A DNA stretch of 63,139 nt, counting the filler, from Parachlamydiales bacterium (lineage in GTDB: Bacteria > Chlamydiota > Chlamydiia > Chlamydiales > Parachlamydiaceae), in NCBI GenBank assembly GCA_020051075.1. It is 4 parts of 4 records of this genome, joined end to end, with 100 filler letters (N's around TTAATTAATTAA, not from the genome) between each part and the next. Parts side by side here need not be neighbours in the genome. Positions count along the whole stretch, not along the records: positions 28,318 to 53,216 come from JAGVJP010000101.1; 3 more parts are not named here. One strand, 5' to 3'. Both the position numbers and the translations under genes were made by a program. How positions within the stretch are numbered: the stretch's first letter is position 1; each line of letters starts with the position of its first letter. Positions 38,638 through 49,394 of this stretch are shown here, in pieces. Below the pieces are notes generated by a model. It did not search any database. It saw only the letters and a list, made by a program, of their open reading frames with translations, and was not told where the DNA came from.

Positions 38638-39681
38638 TCACGAGGTTATATCATTAACTTTTTTTTCTAAATCTTTCAATCTGGTTATCAATTGCTGGAT
38701 ATTGCGTACGTGTACTTGAGTACGGTTATATTCGTGCAGGGGAATTGCAGGGATGCCCCCATATTTACCTGTTGAAAGTGATTTTGTTACCCCGCTTTTG
38801 CCGGCAACTGTGACCTTATCCTCTAAGTGTAGATGCCCTGCAACGGCAACTTGGCCTGCTAGAACTACATATCGACCAGTCGAGGATGACCCAGCTATTC
38901 CAGTTTGAGCGATAATGATGTTGTGAGGGCCAATTTGAACGCCGTGGCCAATCTGCACCAGATTGTCCAATTTGCTCCCTTTTCCTATTCGAGTACTTTT
39001 AAAACGGGCCCGATCGATTGTTGTATTAGCTCCAATTTCGACATCATCTTCAATGATCACATTCCCAGCTTGATTGAGTTTAATGTGATTTCCTTGTTCG
39101 TCAGTGGTGTAGCCAAAACCACATGAGCCTATCACGGCTCCTGGTTGAATGACGACCCGATTCCCGATGATGGAATCTTCCCTGATGACCACTCTTGGAT
39201 GAATCAAACACGACTCACCTATTGTTGTCCCAGGACCCACATAGGAGCCTGCCCCAATGAATGTATTCGCTCCAATCTTGACTTCCTCATCAACAGTGCA
39301 ATGCGGTCCGATGGAGACGTTCTCACCAAGTTGAGCAGTTTCATGAATGACAGCAGTTGGGTGGATCCCGTTAAAAGCGGAGGAAGAGCTGCGAGGAGGG
39401 TGGAAGGTATCGATAAGCTGCTGAAAAGCTCTTGAAGGGTCTTTGGAAATGAGATAATTCTTTCCCTCTTGGTGCAGCAGCATTTCATCTATGAAGACAA
39501 CGCCAGCTTGAGTATTTTGTAAAGCATGGAGGTATCTAGGATTAGAAAAAAAAGAGGCGTCATTTGGAGAAGCGGATTCCAAATCAGCGACGTTGGTAAT
39601 GTGATGATTTGGATTACCAACTAATTTACAGTTTGTTATTTCAGCAATATCTTGCAATGACAGCGATATTTTTTTATTCAT
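38638..39681 (-). CDS. lpxD: UDP-3-O-acyl-glucosamine N-acyltransferase
   Basis: Hexapeptide repeats, GSCGFGY, EIGANTTIDRA, DNLVQIGH. Confidence 0.96.
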   Translation of the reverse strand: MNKKISLSLQDIAEITNCKLVGNPNHHITNVADLESASPNDASFFSNPRYLHALQNTQAGVVFIDEMLLHQEGKNYLISKDPSRAFQQLIDTFHPPRSSSSAFNGIHPTAVIHETAQLGENVSIGPHCTVDEEVKIGANTFIGAGSYVGPGTTIGESCLIHPRVVIREDSIIGNRVVIQPGAVIGSCGFGYTTDEQGNHIKLNQAGNVIIEDDVEIGANTTIDRARFKSTRIGKGSKLDNLVQIGHGVQIGPHNIIIAQTGIAGSSSTGRYVVLAGQVAVAGHLHLEDKVTVAGKSGVTKSLSTGKYGGIPAIPLHEYNRTQVHVRNIQQLITRLKDLEKKVNDITS

Positions 39682-39736
39682 ACCATTTACTCAAAAACTA
39701 ATAAAAATTTGACACACAATCTTTTGTAAACTAACC

Positions 39737-39913
39737 CGAGCCCGAATTGCCTTCTCGTGCCCGTGCCCCTGCCCGTGCCCGAATGTCCCTTCTCGAGAAC
39801 GAGCCCGAGTACGAAATTGCCTGAGAAACTTTGGAATATGGTTCACGACAAATTCGGGCATGAAAAGGGACAATCGGGCACGGGCAGGGGCACGAGAAGG
39901 CAATTCGGGCACG
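39737..39913. repeat. Family D palindromic element (CGTGCC/CCTGCC hexamer units)
   Basis: Inverted arms CCCGAATTGCCTTCTCGTGCCC..GCCCGTGCCCGA / TCGGGCACGGGC..GGGCACGAGAAGGCAATTCGGG; half copy at 43076-43117. Confidence 0.85.
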
Positions 39914-39917
39914 ATGG

Positions 39918-40526
39918 TTATTTTTTCTGATCCATATCAAATTGTTCATTCATTTTTTTGATGACCCATTCTGAAACGTCTAATGAAGGGGCATAATAAG
40001 TTGTCGCTTCATCGGTAAAGATTGCATCATAAACTTGTCCGGACGGATTGTCGAGAGCGATTGCAGTAGAAGCTTTTGCTATTGCATCTGTCAATTTCTT
40101 AATGATGCGCATATTCTCTTCTTGCAAACCTCTAAGATATTGGTTTTGTAGTTGCATGCCTTCGTTTCTGATTTGTCGTTTCTTGCGAGTGAGTTCTCTG
40201 GCAGCCTCGTCTGAGATACTGTCCATGTAGTCATCGTCATTAAGTTTGCTTTCAATCTCTTCTAAAAGACTCTCTTTCTCTTTCAGGATGGATTCCATCT
40301 GCCCTTTCTTTTTTTCTAAATTGACCTGTTCTTGTTTCCCCAATTTTGATTCTTCAAGGCATTTTTTTGTATTTACAATACCGGTTTTTGTGCCTTTAAA
40401 TTGAATAGGGGATGAACTCACTGTTGATACTTGTTTGGCTGCAGTTTCTTGAGCCATTATTTGTGTGCTCATCAGGATGCTTGTTAAGACAAATCCTTGT
40501 AGCCAGGTGTTGTTCTTTTTCATCAT
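39918..40526 (-). CDS. ompH: OmpH/Skp periplasmic chaperone
   Basis: GIVNTKKCLEESKLGK as in chlamydial OmpH; between bamA and lpxD. Confidence 0.9.
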   Translation of the reverse strand: MMKKNNTWLQGFVLTSILMSTQIMAQETAAKQVSTVSSSPIQFKGTKTGIVNTKKCLEESKLGKQEQVNLEKKKGQMESILKEKESLLEEIESKLNDDDYMDSISDEAARELTRKKRQIRNEGMQLQNQYLRGLQEENMRIIKKLTDAIAKASTAIALDNPSGQVYDAIFTDEATTYYAPSLDVSEWVIKKMNEQFDMDQKK

Positions 40527-40561
40527 GTTGCTCCTTTTTTTGTAAGCTTTAACGAGGTATT

Positions 40562-42973
40562 TTAAAAATTTCCACCAAATGAAAAGAAGAATTTCTTTAC
40601 ATCACCCCGGTGATGGGCATTCAAGGGGTAACCCATCCCTAACGTTACAGGCGGAATGCTGTCAATGAGTTTGAAACGAGCTCCATAACCAATGGAGACT
40701 GCCAATCGACCAAAGTCCCATGTTCCAGCAGACAGGTGTCCTGCATCGAGGAATGTAAAGAGTTCGAAATCTTCCATAATGCGCCGCAACATTTCCACCG
40801 AATAGAATTGGAGTGAGAGACCACCTCTAGGCACGTTTCGGTGATGTGGATAAGTCGGACCAGCACGATAGGGGCGGAATCCTCGAATATTGAATTCACC
40901 ACCCAGGAAAATTCTCTCATCTAAGGGGACCGTCTCATAACGGGTGCCAAATAATGGCTGTATAAATCGGAAATCGGCTCGATATTTAATTGTTGTACGG
41001 CTTCCAACGGGAAAGTAGTAACTGTTTAAGTAAGCAAAGTTGAAGAAATAGTGGTCTCCTCCAACACCAGCATATTCGAGAAATAACCTTGAGCGAAACC
41101 CTTGAGAAGGCTTGATCGGGTGGTCTGTGTTATCATAGGTCAGAGATGTTCCAATTGCCGAAATTAAGCCTCGAATATTCGCCTCTCTTTCTAACTCAGA
41201 GATCTCTTTGCCGTGGTGAACCACATTGACAAAGCTATTTTTCAGGCGATATTGGACCCCAAAGCGGAGGAATGAATTGATATTATAGTTAGCTCTTAGC
41301 AGGAGACTGGTTGATTGGAGATCATAATCTTTCGAGATGTAGCGTGCGCATGCGTTAGAAAGATCGAAACCAATCGTCCACTGTGAATCCATGAAATAAG
41401 GCTTTGTCCATGAAAGGGTGTAGTTTCGACTTTTTTGACCGATTTGAGAGGTGAAGTTGGCGTATTCGCCCCCTCCTCGGAATCCCCTTAAACCATCTCG
41501 TTTAAAATAGTAGAAGCCTTCATGGTTAAAATTGTTTTCTGTGATATTGAACCCTGCAAAGAGATCTTCGGCATTACTATAACCTAAAAAAGCACTGAAT
41601 TGTCCAGTATCTGTTTCTTCGACTTCAATATAGACATCGCGATAGTCGCCTTGCAGAATGGAGGATTCGGTTCCTTTGACGATATAGACGTTGACGTTCT
41701 TGAAGTAGCGCGTATTCATTAGACGGCGCTCCGAAGCTTTCAATTTCAACGTATTGAAAATTTCGCCAGGGATCATGAGTGTTTCATGGAGGATGACAGA
41801 GGTTTTTGTACAGGTATTCCCAAAGACTCTGATCAAGCCAACGCGAAATTGTTGCCCTTCTTCGATTTTAAAATGGATATTATAAACATACTGATCTGGA
41901 GTGAGCTCTGCGTCGAAATCGATGAGTGCGTCAACATAACCTAGGCGTCCATAGGCATCCCCAAGGAGTTCTATCATCCCTTTTAGCCTCTCCATGGAGA
42001 AAGGTTGGCCTTTGCGAATCAAGAACAGTCGATCAACCTCTTCATCAGCCATCACTGTATTGCCTTCAAAGGAGAGATCTCCGAATGTGTACAATTCTCC
42101 CTTGCAAGCGATTATGGTGACAATGATTCGATTTGTGGAGCATGATTCAGCGACATTGATTTCCACTTGTGCGTCTGCATACCCTCTGTTCTGTAAGTAG
42201 TTGGTAATGACGAGCTTGTCTTGTTGAATAGCCTCTTCATTATAGATGCCTTGATTATTATACCAGCTTAAGAAGAGGTTGTATTTTTTCGTTGCCATCT
42301 CCTTCAGAAGTTCACTTTCTTCTTGTTCGGTGAAGTTGATGAACTCAATCTTTTGGATTTTTCCAGAACGGCCTTCAATCACTTCTATTGTGATGGTGAC
42401 TTCGTTTGTGCATTCGTCTATCTCAAGGTTGTAGTCTAGGATGGCTTCGAAGAACCCTTCTTGCATGTAGTAGGCTTTTAATTTATGAAAAGCGATGTTA
42501 AAAGCCTGTCGGTCAAAAACTTCGAAACATTTAATCCCCAATTCATTTTGGAGATCAGATGTTTTAATTTGTTTGTTTCCACACCAACGCATGGAACGGA
42601 TCGTTGCTTTAGGCCATAAGTGTATGGTCAGGGCGATTGTTTCATTCTCTTCATCGATTTGAACGGTGGGTTCTATCCGATCAAAGTCGCGAGCAAGAAG
42701 CTTCAGATCTTCATCAAATTCGTGTTGCGAAAAATAGGCATTTTGTTTGGAGGCCATCCGAGCTAAGGTGGCTTGGTTGTCTGTAACAGTTCCAGCACCA
42801 GAATGGATGATAAGATTGAGGCAAGAAATCGTATGATTTTCGAGCTGCAACGCCTGCCCGAATAATTGAATATTGGCAAGTAAAAGGCAGATGATGAAGA
42901 ACTTGTAACTTGCTCTAAAAATTGTTGTCATACGACTTGTTAGCCATGTAAGAGAAAAAAGCATGTGATCCAT
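40562..42973 (-). CDS. bamA: Outer membrane assembly factor BamA (Omp85)
   Basis: POTRA repeats, FLGGEFNIRGF (VRGF-like), C-terminal FFFSFGGNF. Confidence 0.95.
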   Translation of the reverse strand: MDHMLFSLTWLTSRMTTIFRASYKFFIICLLLANIQLFGQALQLENHTISCLNLIIHSGAGTVTDNQATLARMASKQNAYFSQHEFDEDLKLLARDFDRIEPTVQIDEENETIALTIHLWPKATIRSMRWCGNKQIKTSDLQNELGIKCFEVFDRQAFNIAFHKLKAYYMQEGFFEAILDYNLEIDECTNEVTITIEVIEGRSGKIQKIEFINFTEQEESELLKEMATKKYNLFLSWYNNQGIYNEEAIQQDKLVITNYLQNRGYADAQVEINVAESCSTNRIIVTIIACKGELYTFGDLSFEGNTVMADEEVDRLFLIRKGQPFSMERLKGMIELLGDAYGRLGYVDALIDFDAELTPDQYVYNIHFKIEEGQQFRVGLIRVFGNTCTKTSVILHETLMIPGEIFNTLKLKASERRLMNTRYFKNVNVYIVKGTESSILQGDYRDVYIEVEETDTGQFSAFLGYSNAEDLFAGFNITENNFNHEGFYYFKRDGLRGFRGGGEYANFTSQIGQKSRNYTLSWTKPYFMDSQWTIGFDLSNACARYISKDYDLQSTSLLLRANYNINSFLRFGVQYRLKNSFVNVVHHGKEISELEREANIRGLISAIGTSLTYDNTDHPIKPSQGFRSRLFLEYAGVGGDHYFFNFAYLNSYYFPVGSRTTIKYRADFRFIQPLFGTRYETVPLDERIFLGGEFNIRGFRPYRAGPTYPHHRNVPRGGLSLQFYSVEMLRRIMEDFELFTFLDAGHLSAGTWDFGRLAVSIGYGARFKLIDSIPPVTLGMGYPLNAHHRGDVKKFFFSFGGNF

Positions 42974-43075
42974 CTATTAATCGATTAGCGAAGGTAAGTG
43001 ATTGTAGGAGAAAGACGGCTATTTTGCAATTTATAAATTTCGGCTATACTATAGACATCACGAGTATTGGTAAAT

Positions 43076-43235
43076 CGTGCCCGTGCCCCTGCCCCTGCCC
43101 GTGCCCGATTGTCCCCGTCCTTCCTATCTTTCCCATCCTGTAAAAATTAACAGGATGGGAAGGATAGGGAAGATAAGAAGGGTTCGTTAAGTTGTTCACT
43201 ATCTTGCCATATCCTTCTTATCCTGTTAATTTTAT
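43076..43235. repeat. Family D half element joined to a family A-variant palindrome
   Basis: CGTGCCCGTGCCCCTGCCCC then TCCCATCCTGT-AAAAATTA-ACAGGATGGGA. Confidence 0.7.
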
Positions 43236-43396
43236 AGTTGAGAGGAGTGCTCGTAAGGCTTGCCTCATTCACATCGCAGGATAAACGGGATAGAGAAAAG
43301 TTTGCGATGATTAAACTGTGATACAATGCTCTAGATAACATTGCGTAAATTTCAACTCTTCATCTATGATGTTCATCATTTTAACTAGGATTGAAT

Positions 43397-43993
43397 ATGC
43401 GATATCCAGATCATCTTCTCAAGTTGATTCAGGTGTTAAGGCGATTGCCGGGCGTGGGCAATAAAAGTGCTGAACGCTTTGCTTTTCATCTGCTGAACTG
43501 GCCAGAAGAGCATTTGCGAGAATTTGGCGAAGCTGTGGCAGTGACTAAATCGAAGCTTAAGCAGTGCTGTGCCTGCGGATGTTTAGCTGGCGAAGAAGGT
43601 TGCTTTTTTTGCCATCATCCTCACAGAGATTCTCGTGTCATCTGTGTGATTTCTTCTCCCCGCGATGTTTTCGCTATCGAAGAAACTCGAGAATATCGTG
43701 GGCTTTATCATGTGTTGGGCGGGCTGCTATCGCCTTTAGAGCAGAGAGGTCCCGACCAACTGTCCATAAACCTGTTAAAAAACCGTGTCGATACCCTCAA
43801 GATCAAAGAGCTGATCATCGCCTTGGATTCTACCTTAGAAGGGGATGCAACGGCGTTATATCTCAAGCAAGAGTTCTCCTCTTTTCCGATTCAGATTTCA
43901 CGCTTGGCTTTTGGTCTGCCGATGGGAAGCTCTCTTGATTATGTCAATGGAGGAACCTTGGCTCGTGCGTTTAGCGGCCGCGGCGAATTTTAA
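43397..43993 (+). CDS. recR: Recombination mediator RecR
   Basis: LPGVGNKSAERFA, C4 zinc finger, YHVLGG, EGDATA, RLAFGLPMG. Confidence 0.97.
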   Translation: MRYPDHLLKLIQVLRRLPGVGNKSAERFAFHLLNWPEEHLREFGEAVAVTKSKLKQCCACGCLAGEEGCFFCHHPHRDSRVICVISSPRDVFAIEETREYRGLYHVLGGLLSPLEQRGPDQLSINLLKNRVDTLKIKELIIALDSTLEGDATALYLKQEFSSFPIQISRLAFGLPMGSSLDYVNGGTLARAFSGRGEF

Positions 43994-43998
43994 AAGGA

Positions 43999-44262
43999 AA
44001 CAGGATAAGCAGGGGCAACACAGGATAGGCATGATAGAGCAAAAAACAGGATAGGCAGGATCGCTACGCGGCAGGATAGGCAGGATATATAAAAGATGAT
44101 CATCTATTTCTTTTATTACTCAAGAAAAGACTTTTTTTCCATTTTATTATCTTTTCCTATCCTTCCCATCCTCCTTATCCTGTTTTTTTTATCCTGCCTA
44201 TCCTGCCGCGAAGCGATCCTGCCTATCCTGTTTTTTGCTCTATCGTGCCTATCCTGTGTTGT
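43999..44262. repeat. Family A palindromic element
   Basis: Inverted arms with GGATCGCTACGCGGCAGG / CCTGCCGCGAAGCGATCC. Confidence 0.9.
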
Positions 44263-44289
44263 CTCTTTTGCTGATCTTGTTAAGAATGG

Positions 44290-44655
44290 CTAATGTGAAG
44301 CGTCATCTGAGGGAGGGCGGCTGCGCAGCTGCTTTTTCTTTGAGTGTTTGGCTTTCGTATCGAGGATTTTACTTTTGGCTGTTTTGGACATCCGGGTCGG
44401 AACCCTGACTGGGCGGCGGTAGTTCAATTTTTCTACCTTCTTCCGCAGCTTCTCAATGCATTCTTGTTTATTTAAGTATTGGCTCCGCCCTTTTTGAGAG
44501 GTGACGGTGATTCCTGTTGGCAGGTGAATCAGCCTGACCGCGCTATCAGTGACATTGACATGCTGTCCGCCGCTGCCGCTTGCCCGAAATGCACTCACCC
44601 TGCATTCTTTGAGTAATTCAGCTGTTGATTGAGGGAGGGCGATTTTCTTATGCAT
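44290..44655 (-). CDS. Release-factor-like peptidyl-tRNA hydrolase (ArfB/YaeJ-like)
   Basis: [12 protein letters not shown] motif, RSQYLN, basic C-terminal tail. Confidence 0.85.
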   Translation of the reverse strand: MHKKIALPQSTAELLKECRVSAFRASGSGGQHVNVTDSAVRLIHLPTGITVTSQKGRSQYLNKQECIEKLRKKVEKLNYRRPVRVPTRMSKTAKSKILDTKAKHSKKKQLRSRPPSDDASH

Positions 44656-44658
44656 AAA

Positions 44659-45813
44659 TCACAGCTGCTTGAGGCATAGCAGGGTCATGTCATCTGAGAT
44701 GGGGGCCCCTGCAGTAAACGCAGCGACATCATCTAAAATCTGTTTTGTAAGAGACGGCAAACTTCCCTGGGGCCATTTTAGTAGACTCTCTTCAAACCTT
44801 TTTTGCCCAAACTGTTCATTGGCATATGTCATGGCTTCTGTGATTCCGTCTGTATAGAGAATTAACGTATCGGTCGGGTTGAGTTTGATGGTCTGCTTGA
44901 TATATTGGGTTTGTTCTTGGACTCCAAGGGGAATCCCTTCGTTAGGAGCGATCAACTGAATGGTTTGATCAGCTTTCAGCAAAAGAGGAGGGTTGTGTCC
45001 TGCATTTGAACATTCGATCGTTTGGGTTTGGCTGTCATAAACGCCATAAAATGTTGTGACAAACATACAGGTGTCATTGTCGATGCAGAGCATCTGGTTC
45101 GCCTCTTTTAAGCATTCTTCTGGAGAAGTGGCTCTAGGGGCTATTGTCCGTATAATCGCACGACTCATCGCCATAAAAAAAGCTGCAGGGATTCCTTTTC
45201 CAGACACATCGGCGATCAAGAAACCAATTCGTTTATCATCGAGAGGAAAGAAGTCGAAGAAGTCTCCCCCCACCATCTTTGCTGGGGTCATGCTACCAAA
45301 GATCTCAAAAGATTTAATCGAGGGGAGAGGGGTAAATTGGTGGGGGATGACCGCCTGTTGGATACTGCTGGCGATGGCAATTTCTTTTTCTAAACTTGAT
45401 AAGGTCAGCGCTGCTTTTAATGCATTATCAAGAGTAATATATTGCTTAATCGTATTCGCAATCGTAATTTCTAAATCAGAGAAATCAATTGGCTTGGTGA
45501 TGAAGTCGCAAGCCCCTTGATTCATGGCTCGTCGGATGTTAGACATATCGCCATAGGCGGAGACAATAATTGCTTTATACAGCCGGTTAAGTTCAGGGAG
45601 GTGGGATAAAAGGACAAGTCCATCCATCTCAGGCATGTTAATATCAGTCAGGATGATGTTGATGTCTCGATTATCTGCTAAAATCTTCAGAGCCTCTTTG
45701 CCATTAGCCGCGAAGAGAAAGTCAAATTCTTTGGATTTGATCTGCTTAGAAAATTTTTGCCTGATCAGCAGTTCGACGTCAGGTTCATCGTCGACAACAA
45801 GAATCTTAGTCAT
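44659..45813 (-). CDS. Response regulator receiver fused to PP2C/SpoIIE (RsbU-like) phosphatase
   Basis: ILVVDD, TDINMP, TKP; VGGDFFD, ADVSGKG, NAGH, YTDGITEA, DDMT. Confidence 0.93.
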   Translation of the reverse strand: MTKILVVDDEPDVELLIRQKFSKQIKSKEFDFLFAANGKEALKILADNRDINIILTDINMPEMDGLVLLSHLPELNRLYKAIIVSAYGDMSNIRRAMNQGACDFITKPIDFSDLEITIANTIKQYITLDNALKAALTLSSLEKEIAIASSIQQAVIPHQFTPLPSIKSFEIFGSMTPAKMVGGDFFDFFPLDDKRIGFLIADVSGKGIPAAFFMAMSRAIIRTIAPRATSPEECLKEANQMLCIDNDTCMFVTTFYGVYDSQTQTIECSNAGHNPPLLLKADQTIQLIAPNEGIPLGVQEQTQYIKQTIKLNPTDTLILYTDGITEAMTYANEQFGQKRFEESLLKWPQGSLPSLTKQILDDVAAFTAGAPISDDMTLLCLKQL

Positions 45814-45841
45814 GTCCTTTCTCCTTAAATTGTACTGGCAT

Positions 45842-47929
45842 CTAGTCGATGGGCAGAGCGATGACAAACTCTGCATACTGTCCTGGTTCACTATTGACTG
45901 TTAGGGTGCCATGATGTCCTTGTACGATGACATTATAGCTCAGAGAGAGTCCCAATCCGGTCCCTTCACCGCTTGGTTTCGTAGTAAAAAATGGGGTGAA
46001 TAGATGAGACTGCACCTCTTGAGACATTCCTATACCATTATCCCGAATTTTTATCACGACATGTTCCCCTTGCGTCTCTGTTGTGATCGTAAGGGTTGGA
46101 TCATAGGAGGGAGGGCTGGATAATTTTTTTTGGTAGAGGGCATAATAGGCATTGTTTAATAAATTGATGATGACGCGGGAGATCTCTTGTGGAACAGCAG
46201 AGACTTTAGGGAGATCAGGATCGAAGTTCTTTTCGACTTTGACATTAAATCCTTGGTATTGTGCCCGCATCCCATGATAAGCAAGGGAGACGTACTCATC
46301 GATAAGGGGGTTGAGATTAATTTTTTCAATATGTCCCGGAGCGGCTCTCGAATGTTGTAACATGTTTTTGACGATACTGTCAGCTCGTTTTCCATGCTCG
46401 TAGATCTTTCCGATGTCAAGTTTTAGGGTGTCCAGCAATTCAGTGATTTTCTCTTGTTGTTCTTTTGGAATGCAATCGTGAATTTTTACGCATTCTTCAG
46501 CGAGTTCACCCTGGATTTGAGAGGTGAGTTCTGCAAAATTGTTGATAAAGTTCAGTGGGTTTTTAATTTCATGTGCAATTCCTGCTGTCAATTGTCCTAG
46601 AGAAGCGAGCTTTTCTTGAAAAATGAGTCGGTCTTGAATCTGTTCTAATTTATGGATGGCCCGCTCGAGTTCGGCATTTTTCTCTTCATATTGCTTGGTT
46701 CGTTTTTCGACAAGAGAGTCTAAATGTGTGACGAGGGAGTGTAATTTAGAGGCCATGTCGTTAAAGGATTGACCTAACATCCCGATTTCATCTTCCCTCT
46801 TTATCTCGATGCGTTGAGACAAATCTCCTTCAGCTAAGAGCCGTGTTTTTTCTGTGAGTGCCAAGATGGGTTGGCTGATCCGGCGAGCTAAGAATGAAGC
46901 TAAAATGATGATAGATCCAGATGTCAGGGCAGCTAGAATCCAAAACAGCCTTTTGAGACTTTGAATTGGAGCTAATATCTGCTCTATAGTGACGATATTG
47001 ACAATCGCCCAATTCAGAGAAGATTTGAAATGTCTGGAGATCATCATCGTCTCTTTGTTGCGAAAGTTAATGATGTCAATAAGGGTTCCTGGCTGGTGGA
47101 TGGCTTTTTGAATAAACGCTCGAAAATCTGTTTCTTCTCCCTCGATAAGCTGTAGTCCGACTTTATCTTCAGCAAGATGTTTTGGTGTCATGACGTAGAG
47201 GTCCTTCCCGACCTTTGTCACAGTGATGACGGTGCTGGCAGGGTTGCCATGTTTCAAGACAATTTCATTGCTTTCGGCAAGGACCTGATAAAATGAAAAG
47301 GCATCAAAAACTGCAATCCCATAACCGAATGTTTCATGACCTATCGATAATGGGAGTGTCGTAAGTGCAAAATAATCGGTGGGGAATTCTTCCAGATAAA
47401 TCGATTCGATCGTGATGTGTCCGGCTTCTTTGGCACTTTTAAAGTAGTTGCCAAATTCAGTCGTGTTCAGGTGATGCAGATAAGAGCTGAGCGTTTTTAA
47501 ATAATCATTTTTTGTTCCTTCTCCTAAAGCTGCGACCTCATCTCTGATCTCCCCATTAGGGGTGACTAGGAAGAGATAGCTGTAGTTGAGAACTTGAAGC
47601 TGCTTAGCAAGATTAGGATGGAGTTGTTTTGTGGCTGACATGAGTTTTTCTGGAGAGAGTGGTTCCAGCTGTAAAATTGTTTGTACTGCATCGATGGCGG
47701 ATGGTGCAGTCAGGTCGTCGATGATTTTCTCTCCTTGGGCGGTTCTTATGTTGATGAAATGGTCTAATAGATTCGCTTGTTTGATGATGCTCAACTCAAG
47801 GTCCCGTTTTGTCTGCTCAAAGAGAATGTTTTTACTGAACTGATAGGTGAAAAAGATTGTTGAGCAAAGAGGGACGAGCGTCAGCAATAAGAGCCAAATG
47901 GTTAGCTGTGTCCGTAGATTAAATTTCAT
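45842..47929 (-). CDS. Membrane sensor histidine kinase with HAMP domain
   Basis: Two TM segments, DEIGMLGQSFN, AHEIKNPLNF, NLLNNA, DNGIG, FFTTK, GTGLGL; start moved to MKFNLR because the upstream part is repeat-derived. Confidence 0.93.
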   Translation of the reverse strand: MKFNLRTQLTIWLLLLTLVPLCSTIFFTYQFSKNILFEQTKRDLELSIIKQANLLDHFINIRTAQGEKIIDDLTAPSAIDAVQTILQLEPLSPEKLMSATKQLHPNLAKQLQVLNYSYLFLVTPNGEIRDEVAALGEGTKNDYLKTLSSYLHHLNTTEFGNYFKSAKEAGHITIESIYLEEFPTDYFALTTLPLSIGHETFGYGIAVFDAFSFYQVLAESNEIVLKHGNPASTVITVTKVGKDLYVMTPKHLAEDKVGLQLIEGEETDFRAFIQKAIHQPGTLIDIINFRNKETMMISRHFKSSLNWAIVNIVTIEQILAPIQSLKRLFWILAALTSGSIIILASFLARRISQPILALTEKTRLLAEGDLSQRIEIKREDEIGMLGQSFNDMASKLHSLVTHLDSLVEKRTKQYEEKNAELERAIHKLEQIQDRLIFQEKLASLGQLTAGIAHEIKNPLNFINNFAELTSQIQGELAEECVKIHDCIPKEQQEKITELLDTLKLDIGKIYEHGKRADSIVKNMLQHSRAAPGHIEKINLNPLIDEYVSLAYHGMRAQYQGFNVKVEKNFDPDLPKVSAVPQEISRVIINLLNNAYYALYQKKLSSPPSYDPTLTITTETQGEHVVIKIRDNGIGMSQEVQSHLFTPFFTTKPSGEGTGLGLSLSYNVIVQGHHGTLTVNSEPGQYAEFVIALPID

Positions 47930-48022
47930 GAAATAGCTCTGGGGAGGAATTTTATTATTGTGATGACTTGATTCACTATTTACCACAAATGATCTTGGCA
48001 ACGAAAGATAAAAAAATGATAG

Positions 48023-48315
48023 AAACAAGATAGACAGGATAAACAAAAAAACAGGATGGGCAGGATCGCTTCGCGGCAGGATAGGCAGGATAAACAAAAA
48101 AACAGGATAGATAAAGATAGTTAAAAATAGGAGAAAGGAACAGATGAAAATGATATATTTTTTTTATTTAACCTATCCTTTCCATCCTCCTTATCCTGTT
48201 TTTTTTATCCTGCCTATCCTGCCGCGAAGCGATCCTACCCATCCTGTTTTTTTGTTTATCCTGTCTATGTTGTTCTCTCCGTGCCCCTCTGTTCCTCTGT
48301 GTTTATCAGCGTTAA
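48023..48315. repeat. Family A palindromic element plus family C/E-like tail
   Basis: Inverted arms with the CGCTTCGCG core; CTCCGTGCCCCTCTGTTCCTCTGTG..GCGTT tail. Confidence 0.88.
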
Positions 48316-48395
48316 AAAGGGGGGAAGAGTTTTTTGCAGAAATTAATCTAGTATCGCCGTATAATTCCCTTTTTGTGAATATGAACGGATAGGAT

Positions 48396-49394
48396 ATGTC
48401 ATCTTCAACTGTAGCTCGGATCATCGGCTTAGGCTCTTATCTTCCCAAGCGAGTATTGACCAATCGCAATCTCGAAGAGATTGTTGAGACTTCGGACGAA
48501 TGGATCGTCACACGGACGGGGATAAAAGAACGGCGGATCGCAGACCCGGACGAGTTTCCCTCTACCATGGGAGCCCATGCAGCCAAACAGGCTTTATCCC
48601 AGGCAGCAATCTCTCCTGAGGATGTTGGAATGATTATCGTTGCGACGATGACCCAGGATTACATTTCTCCAAGTACGGCTAACCTTATTCAAGCAGATAT
48701 CGGAGCAACTAACGCCGCTGCAATGGACGTTCAAGCTGCATGTTCGGGATTTTTATATGCTCTATCGATCGCTAAGGCTTATATTCAAGCGGATATGTTT
48801 CAGAATGTTTTAGTGATTGCCTCTGAAAAGATGTCGGCTTTCATTGACTACGAAGACCGTTCGACTTGTGTTCTCTTTGGAGATGGTGCTGCAGCAGCTG
48901 TCGTTTCCAATAAAGGAGCTGGGCTGGCGATTACAAACATCAGCCTCGGTTCTGATGGACAGCTGTCTCACCTGGCGATGATTCCTGGAGGAGGCTCAAG
49001 GCATCAAGCGACACACGAAACAGTAGATGAGCGAAAGCATTATTTCAAGATGTCTGGCAGCGAGGTTTTTAAACATGCAGTCCGGCGCATGAGCGCTGCT
49101 TCAAAGGTCTGTCTTGACAAAGCCGGTCTTGAAGCATCTGATATCAGCTGGCTGATTCCCCACCAGGCCAACAAACGGATCATCGATGCAATAGCGAAGC
49201 AATTCAATATGCCTGAAGAGAAGGTCTATCAAACAGTTCACAAATATGGCAATACCTCAGCTTCCAGCGTTGCCATTGCTCTGCACGAGCTTGTACAAAC
49301 ACATCAAATAACAGAGGGAGAACACCTTCTATTGACAGTATTTGGAGGGGGTTTAACCTGGGGCGCATCGCTCCTGACTCAAATGAAAGGATGA
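48396..49394 (+). CDS. fabH: Beta-ketoacyl-ACP synthase III
   Basis: AACSGF, LFGDGA, PHQAN, GNTSAS, FGGGLTWG. Confidence 0.97.
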   Translation: MSSSTVARIIGLGSYLPKRVLTNRNLEEIVETSDEWIVTRTGIKERRIADPDEFPSTMGAHAAKQALSQAAISPEDVGMIIVATMTQDYISPSTANLIQADIGATNAAAMDVQAACSGFLYALSIAKAYIQADMFQNVLVIASEKMSAFIDYEDRSTCVLFGDGAAAAVVSNKGAGLAITNISLGSDGQLSHLAMIPGGGSRHQATHETVDERKHYFKMSGSEVFKHAVRRMSAASKVCLDKAGLEASDISWLIPHQANKRIIDAIAKQFNMPEEKVYQTVHKYGNTSASSVAIALHELVQTHQITEGEHLLLTVFGGGLTWGASLLTQMKG

